Assembly (NCBI GenBank): GCA_948471335.1
Contig: CAOKRZ010000001.1
Coordinates: 1 to 39,282 of the forward strand
Source of the DNA: an uncultured Christensenella sp.
GTDB taxonomy: Bacteria > Bacillota > Clostridia > Christensenellales > UBA1242
Reading direction: 5' to 3'
DNA length: 39,282 nucleotides
In this document: one piece after another, positions 35,493 to 39,282 of the stretch
Layout of the letters: every line of letters starts with the position of its first letter
Position numbering within the stretch: the stretch's first letter is position 1
Notes under the pieces: model-generated
Told to the model about the DNA's origin: nothing
What the model saw: only the letters and a program-made list of their open reading frames with translations
The model's database searches: none
Translations under genes and position numbers: made by a program

Positions 35493-37229
35493 ATGAAAGC
35501 AAGATTAACTGGTCTATTTCTGTGTATGCTGATGTTTTGCATGTCAATTTTCGCAGGCTGCTCGCTTGTGACAAGAGATATGGCAAAATATTTATCAACC
35601 AAAGTTGCCACAATCACTCTTAAAGAGGGCAAGGGCGGTGATAATGACTCAATGACAATCACTAAGAAAGATTTGATCACAGCTTACAACACATATGGAA
35701 ATTATTATCAACAATATGGCTATAGCGCAAAACAAGCTATGGAGCAAACAATCGAACTTCTTATTAGACGTCGCATCACAATTGCTCAAGCAGAAGAGCT
35801 TTATCCAGAACTTTCTGAAAAAGAAAAGACTTATCTTTGGGTTGAAACTTCTGACGCACTTAAAGATAACTATAATTCATATCTAAACGAAGTGCTTGGA
35901 ATAACTGATTCGTCTTCAACCGATGAAGATGGCATCAAGTTTACAGGATATACAAAAAATGCGCGTCCAGATGAAGATCAAAATGGTAAAAGCATAATTT
36001 TGAAAATCAACACTCAACAAACTGAGCTTGATCAGTTTACTTATGAAGTTGCACGCGATTTTGACAAAAAGGAAGATAAAGATTTCATCTATACAAATTT
36101 TGTTGACACTATAAGAGAAGGAAACAACAAAAATTCTTCTGAAGCATTTGATGAGTATTATAAAGCCTTGCTTAAAAATGAAGAAGGTCAGAAATTGTCT
36201 GAAGACCGTCCATCAGTTTTTGCAAGAGAAATAGAGAGACTTTATAATGTCATTTATGAAAACTTCATGATTGAAAAATATCAAGAGTATTATACTTCTC
36301 CCGAAGACAATGTTTCATACATTTCTTCAAAGCAGGTCGTTGACCGCTATACAAGCAAAGTTAGGGCATCTTACACAAAATATATGATTGAAAACACTTC
36401 AACTTATGACAGCGATATGAAGTCTGGCGCAAACAACATTTACTATTACAAATCTGAAAATGACGACACAAAATTCTTCAAAGTTGCACACATTCTTTTC
36501 AAGTTCACTGATGAGCAAACTGAAATCTACAATGAAATCGAAGAAGCTTCAAAAAATGGAGAATATGCAACTCCTGCAGAAAAACAACGTGCACTTGATT
36601 CTCTTTACAGCCAAGTTGTTCCACTTGTTCGTGAGAAAAACGAAGAAACAGGCATCTATGAAGAAGTTGCTGACGAAGACAAGAAAAGCTTTGAAACCTC
36701 TGCGCAAGCACTTCGCGACTATATTGCAAGAAAAGTTGCAGAAGGCAGAACTGCTTATGAAAAGGCTGATATTTTCAACGAACTTATTTACAAATATAAT
36801 GAAGACCCAGGAATGATCAATCCAACTGACATCTATGCGATTGGTGTTGACGGCGAAGGTAAGGCAGTTTCAAACTTTGTGCAAGAGTTCAATGACGGCG
36901 GGATCAAGCTTTACAACAATGGCCAAGGTCAAATAGGAGACATTTCAGACCTTGTTTACAGCGAGAACGGAATTCATGTTATGTTCTATGCTGGAGAGGT
37001 TAAAAACTTATTCAAAGGAATTACTGAAAGCTTTGAGCTTGAAGAAGATGCAATTGACGCGCTTAGTGGCTATAGACCAAACATTCTTCTTGACAAAACG
37101 CTTTTTGACACAATTTATGACGAGCTTATAAGTGACAACTATGCAATCTTTGAAAATCTTCAAATGAATGAAATCAAACAACTTTACACAATCAAAGTTT
37201 ACACCAACTCATATAAAGATTTGATATAG
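35493..37229 (+). CDS. Lipoprotein, SurA/PrsA-like foldase (putative parvulin-type peptidyl-prolyl isomerase)
   Basis: I take the start at ATG 35493 after ggagag. The signal peptide has the lipobox IFAGC. Parvulin-like segments are FFKVAHILFKF and ENGIHVMFYAG, separated by an insert. It occupies the position downstream of mfd that is typical of clostridial prsA-like genes. Confidence 0.6.
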   Translation: MKARLTGLFLCMLMFCMSIFAGCSLVTRDMAKYLSTKVATITLKEGKGGDNDSMTITKKDLITAYNTYGNYYQQYGYSAKQAMEQTIELLIRRRITIAQAEELYPELSEKEKTYLWVETSDALKDNYNSYLNEVLGITDSSSTDEDGIKFTGYTKNARPDEDQNGKSIILKINTQQTELDQFTYEVARDFDKKEDKDFIYTNFVDTIREGNNKNSSEAFDEYYKALLKNEEGQKLSEDRPSVFAREIERLYNVIYENFMIEKYQEYYTSPEDNVSYISSKQVVDRYTSKVRASYTKYMIENTSTYDSDMKSGANNIYYYKSENDDTKFFKVAHILFKFTDEQTEIYNEIEEASKNGEYATPAEKQRALDSLYSQVVPLVREKNEETGIYEEVADEDKKSFETSAQALRDYIARKVAEGRTAYEKADIFNELIYKYNEDPGMINPTDIYAIGVDGEGKAVSNFVQEFNDGGIKLYNNGQGQIGDISDLVYSENGIHVMFYAGEVKNLFKGITESFELEEDAIDALSGYRPNILLDKTLFDTIYDELISDNYAIFENLQMNEIKQLYTIKVYTNSYKDLI

Positions 37230-37250
37230 TTTGATAAATAATATATTTAG

Positions 37251-37287
37251 AAAAACACCTTTGTAGTTTGACAAAGGTGTTTTTTTT
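37251..37287 (+). terminator. Rho-independent terminator after the PrsA-like gene
   Basis: Stem cacctttgt (37256-37264) / acaaaggtg (37271-37279) with loop agtttg, followed by tttttttt. Confidence 0.8.
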
Positions 37288-37296
37288 GGATATACT
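37268..37296 (+). promoter_or_regulatory. Sigma-A promoter nested in the terminator, placed for a leaderless transcript
   Basis: TTGACA (37268-37273; the terminator loop and 3' arm), a 17-nt spacer, TATACT (37291-37296), 6 nt, then ATG 37303. There is no SD. Confidence 0.6.
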
Positions 37297-37302
37297 ATAC
37301 CT

Positions 37303-38637
37303 ATGAGCATCAAACAGAAGCAGAAAGAAAGAGAGCTTTCTTCCTCACAAGGTGAGGCTGCTTTTGTTGAAAAAGAAGAAAAAATACTTGAGCCAGTTCT
37401 TTCAAAAGAACAGCTTGATGATCAAAAGAGAAAGCTTGACGAAGCTGAACAATCAGTTGCAAAAGCAAGCAGCAAGAAAAAGAAATTTTTAAACCTTGGA
37501 TTTTTTATTGTCAATATTGCAGTTGTTGCAGGGATTTTGATTTACCAACTTAATGGCCAAAAGTTTGAACTTATTCACGGACTTAAACTCAACGGCTGGG
37601 CAATCATTCTTTTGCTTATTTTCTTTGGAATGACTCTACTTTTGGAAACTTTCACGCTGTCATATCTTCTTAAAGTTTCAACGGGAAGGTGGCGATTTGG
37701 TATATCATATAAAGTTTTTGCGATCGGAAAGTATTACGACAGCATAACCCCACTTTCAACAGGCGGGCAGCCATTTCAAATAACCTATCTTAAAAACAGA
37801 GGAGTCCCTCTTCACACAGCGCTTTCTGTTCCACTTGCGAAATATCTTTTCCAGCAAATTGCTTGGGTTTTGATGGGGCTTGTTTGTCTTATCGTATCTT
37901 CTGTCGATAAGTCTTACAACACGCTTGTTTCAATTGCTTCAATAATTGGCTTTCTTTTAAGTTTTGTCATGCTTTCAGTTGTGGTTTTCCTTTGTGTTTG
38001 CAAGACGGCTGGAAGAAAAATTGTCGTAAAAGTTTTGAGACTTTTATATAAAATGAAGATCATCAAAAATTATGACAAACAGTATGCGAAAATAACAAAA
38101 TATATTGAAGATTTCCAAAGCGTTATGCAGCAGTTTGCGAAGTCGCCAAAAGATTTCATTATAATGACCCTGACTTCGATCTTTAGGATTTTATTCTATT
38201 ATTCAATGCCATACTTCATTTTCTCAATGATGATGGGTTTTGATGGCAGTTTGTTTATCAAGTTTATGGTTATGAGTTTCCTTGTCGATTTGGCTTCTTC
38301 ATTCTTCCCACTTCCTGGAGGAACTGGAATGAATGAAATTTCCTTCAGTGCAATGTTCTCGCCAATATTCAAAAACAATCTCATGACTTTCTGGGCGTTG
38401 CTGCTTTGGAGATTCTTCTCATACTATTACAACCTTATACAGGGTATCTTCTGCATTTCATATGACGTGGCGTATGGAAACAAAAAATATCGCTGGCAGA
38501 CGAAGAAAGAAATGCTTATGGAGGAGAGCAAAGTTTTTAAACAAGCTCAAATTGATAAGTTTAGGCAAGAGCGAACAAAGAGACGTGTCTCAAGCCGAAA
38601 TAAAAGACAAACAACAAAGAATAAAAATTTTGTTTAA
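37303..38637 (+). CDS. YbhN/UPF0104 family, flippase-like (LPG-synthase TM domain) membrane protein
   Basis: 444 aa. The conserved segment is GKYYDSITPLSTGGQPFQITYLKNRGVP. It has about 8 TM helices, a roughly 60-aa charged N-terminal region and a basic C-terminal tail. Confidence 0.7.
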   Translation: MSIKQKQKERELSSSQGEAAFVEKEEKILEPVLSKEQLDDQKRKLDEAEQSVAKASSKKKKFLNLGFFIVNIAVVAGILIYQLNGQKFELIHGLKLNGWAIILLLIFFGMTLLLETFTLSYLLKVSTGRWRFGISYKVFAIGKYYDSITPLSTGGQPFQITYLKNRGVPLHTALSVPLAKYLFQQIAWVLMGLVCLIVSSVDKSYNTLVSIASIIGFLLSFVMLSVVVFLCVCKTAGRKIVVKVLRLLYKMKIIKNYDKQYAKITKYIEDFQSVMQQFAKSPKDFIIMTLTSIFRILFYYSMPYFIFSMMMGFDGSLFIKFMVMSFLVDLASSFFPLPGGTGMNEISFSAMFSPIFKNNLMTFWALLLWRFFSYYYNLIQGIFCISYDVAYGNKKYRWQTKKEMLMEESKVFKQAQIDKFRQERTKRRVSSRNKRQTTKNKNFV

Positions 38638-38662
38638 GCCAATAATAAAAAGAGGACTTTTT

Positions 38663-39229
38663 ATGAAAAAAGATAAATCTTTTTATGGTTGGCTTTTTGT
38701 TTGCGTTGCGCTCAGCTTGCTTCTTGGCGTATCGATTTATCTCGGCTTTAGTGGGTGGTATTTCAAAGCTGATCGTTCGCTTGAAAGTGACTTGAAGCTT
38801 GGCGAAACAGTGCAGGTTGATATCGGAAAGAACCAGTCGGAATGCGTTTCCTTCACTTTTGCAGGAAGTTATCTGCCTGGCGAAAAGCTTTCGCAAATCG
38901 TGGGCGTGAAAAATATAGATAACGAAGCGGAACTTTATGTAAGGGCAAAAGTTTCAGTTTTTTCCAAAGTAAGTGATGATTATGATGTATCAATTATTGA
39001 AACGATCAATTGGACACTTCATGATGATGGCTATTATTATTTCAACTCTTTTTTGACACCTTCTTCAAAGGCGAATCTTTGTTCAAGTATTGTGATTGGC
39101 GAAGATAGCAGTTTTGTAAGCAAGAAAAATTATATTTTGAATGTGACTTTTGAATCACTTGAGAAAAAACTTGATGTGGCTGACATTTGGGGAGTTTATC
39201 CAATAACTGAAGAAAATGAGTTGACTTAA
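38663..39229 (+). CDS. Secreted or membrane-anchored protein resembling the TasA/camelysin (SipW-type signal peptide) family
   Basis: I take the start at ATG 38663 after aagagga. It has an N-terminal hydrophobic segment. The pattern YLPGEKLSQIVGVKNIDNEAELYVRAKV...NWTLHDDGYYYFNSFLTP resembles the PGD..K...V.N.G....YVR and GYYYY motifs of that family, judged by eye only. Confidence 0.4.
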   Translation: MKKDKSFYGWLFVCVALSLLLGVSIYLGFSGWYFKADRSLESDLKLGETVQVDIGKNQSECVSFTFAGSYLPGEKLSQIVGVKNIDNEAELYVRAKVSVFSKVSDDYDVSIIETINWTLHDDGYYYFNSFLTPSSKANLCSSIVIGEDSSFVSKKNYILNVTFESLEKKLDVADIWGVYPITEENELT

Positions 39230-39256
39230 AAATTAGTTTTGTTTAAAATAGGTGCT

Positions 39257-39282
39257 AGATCGGAAGAGCACACGTCTGAACT
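39257..39282. other. Illumina TruSeq adapter sequence (non-biological contig end)
   Basis: An exact match to AGATCGGAAGAGCACACGTCTGAACT, the first 26 nt of the TruSeq read-through adapter. Confidence 0.9.

Noticed and set aside
1-39282. CRISPR arrays, tandem or interspersed repeats, IS elements, group II introns, retron/DGR-like elements, and toxin-antitoxin or defence gene clusters.
   Set aside because: No repeat-spacer periodicity was seen, and no intergenic region exceeds about 180 nt apart from the decayed gene at 24020-24433. No transposase or reverse-transcriptase-like ORFs are present. All larger ORFs are accounted for by housekeeping, sporulation or membrane proteins. This was a by-eye scan only, so short dispersed repeats could have been missed.

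Overview
Low-GC (about 36%) Firmicutes/Clostridia-like chromosomal contig, read by eye only, with no searches run. It is almost entirely housekeeping and sporulation/germination genes. On the minus strand at the left are tRNA-Glu, comFC and recD2, followed by a MarR-family gene with cysS, an isolated rplJ-rplL pair with an L10-leader attenuator, and leuS. Next come a gerA-type germinant-receptor operon (A, B and a disrupted C subunit), ftsH, a P-type ATPase, a CCA-adding enzyme and a VanW protein. These are followed by a decayed MOP/MATE-like gene, a TVP38/DedA protein, a small LysM ORF, a SpoVB/MurJ-like flippase and a DUF421/DUF4363 pair. The right side holds a degenerate GlmU-like gene, pth, mfd, a PrsA-like lipoprotein, a YbhN-like membrane protein and a TasA/camelysin-like protein. 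The left edge is the C-terminal tail of a large serine recombinase abutting tRNA-Glu, so an integrated mobile element probably lies just outside the window. The last 26 nt are an Illumina TruSeq adapter, which is an assembly artefact. I found no CRISPR array, IS element, large non-coding island or recognisable defence or toxin cluster, and no convincing novel multi-gene system. Five items seem most worth a second look. (1) The recombinase/tRNA-Glu junction. (2) gerAC is broken by the codons caa-TAA-caa-TAG just after a GC-rich Gly/Ser insert, and it also lacks the lipobox Cys. (3) A truncated GlmU-like gene carries an in-frame TGA. (4) Three genes have consensus sigma-A promoters placed so that transcription should start at the ATG, suggesting leaderless mRNAs; one of these promoters is nested in the upstream terminator. 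(5) Three ORF disruptions occur within about 17 kb.
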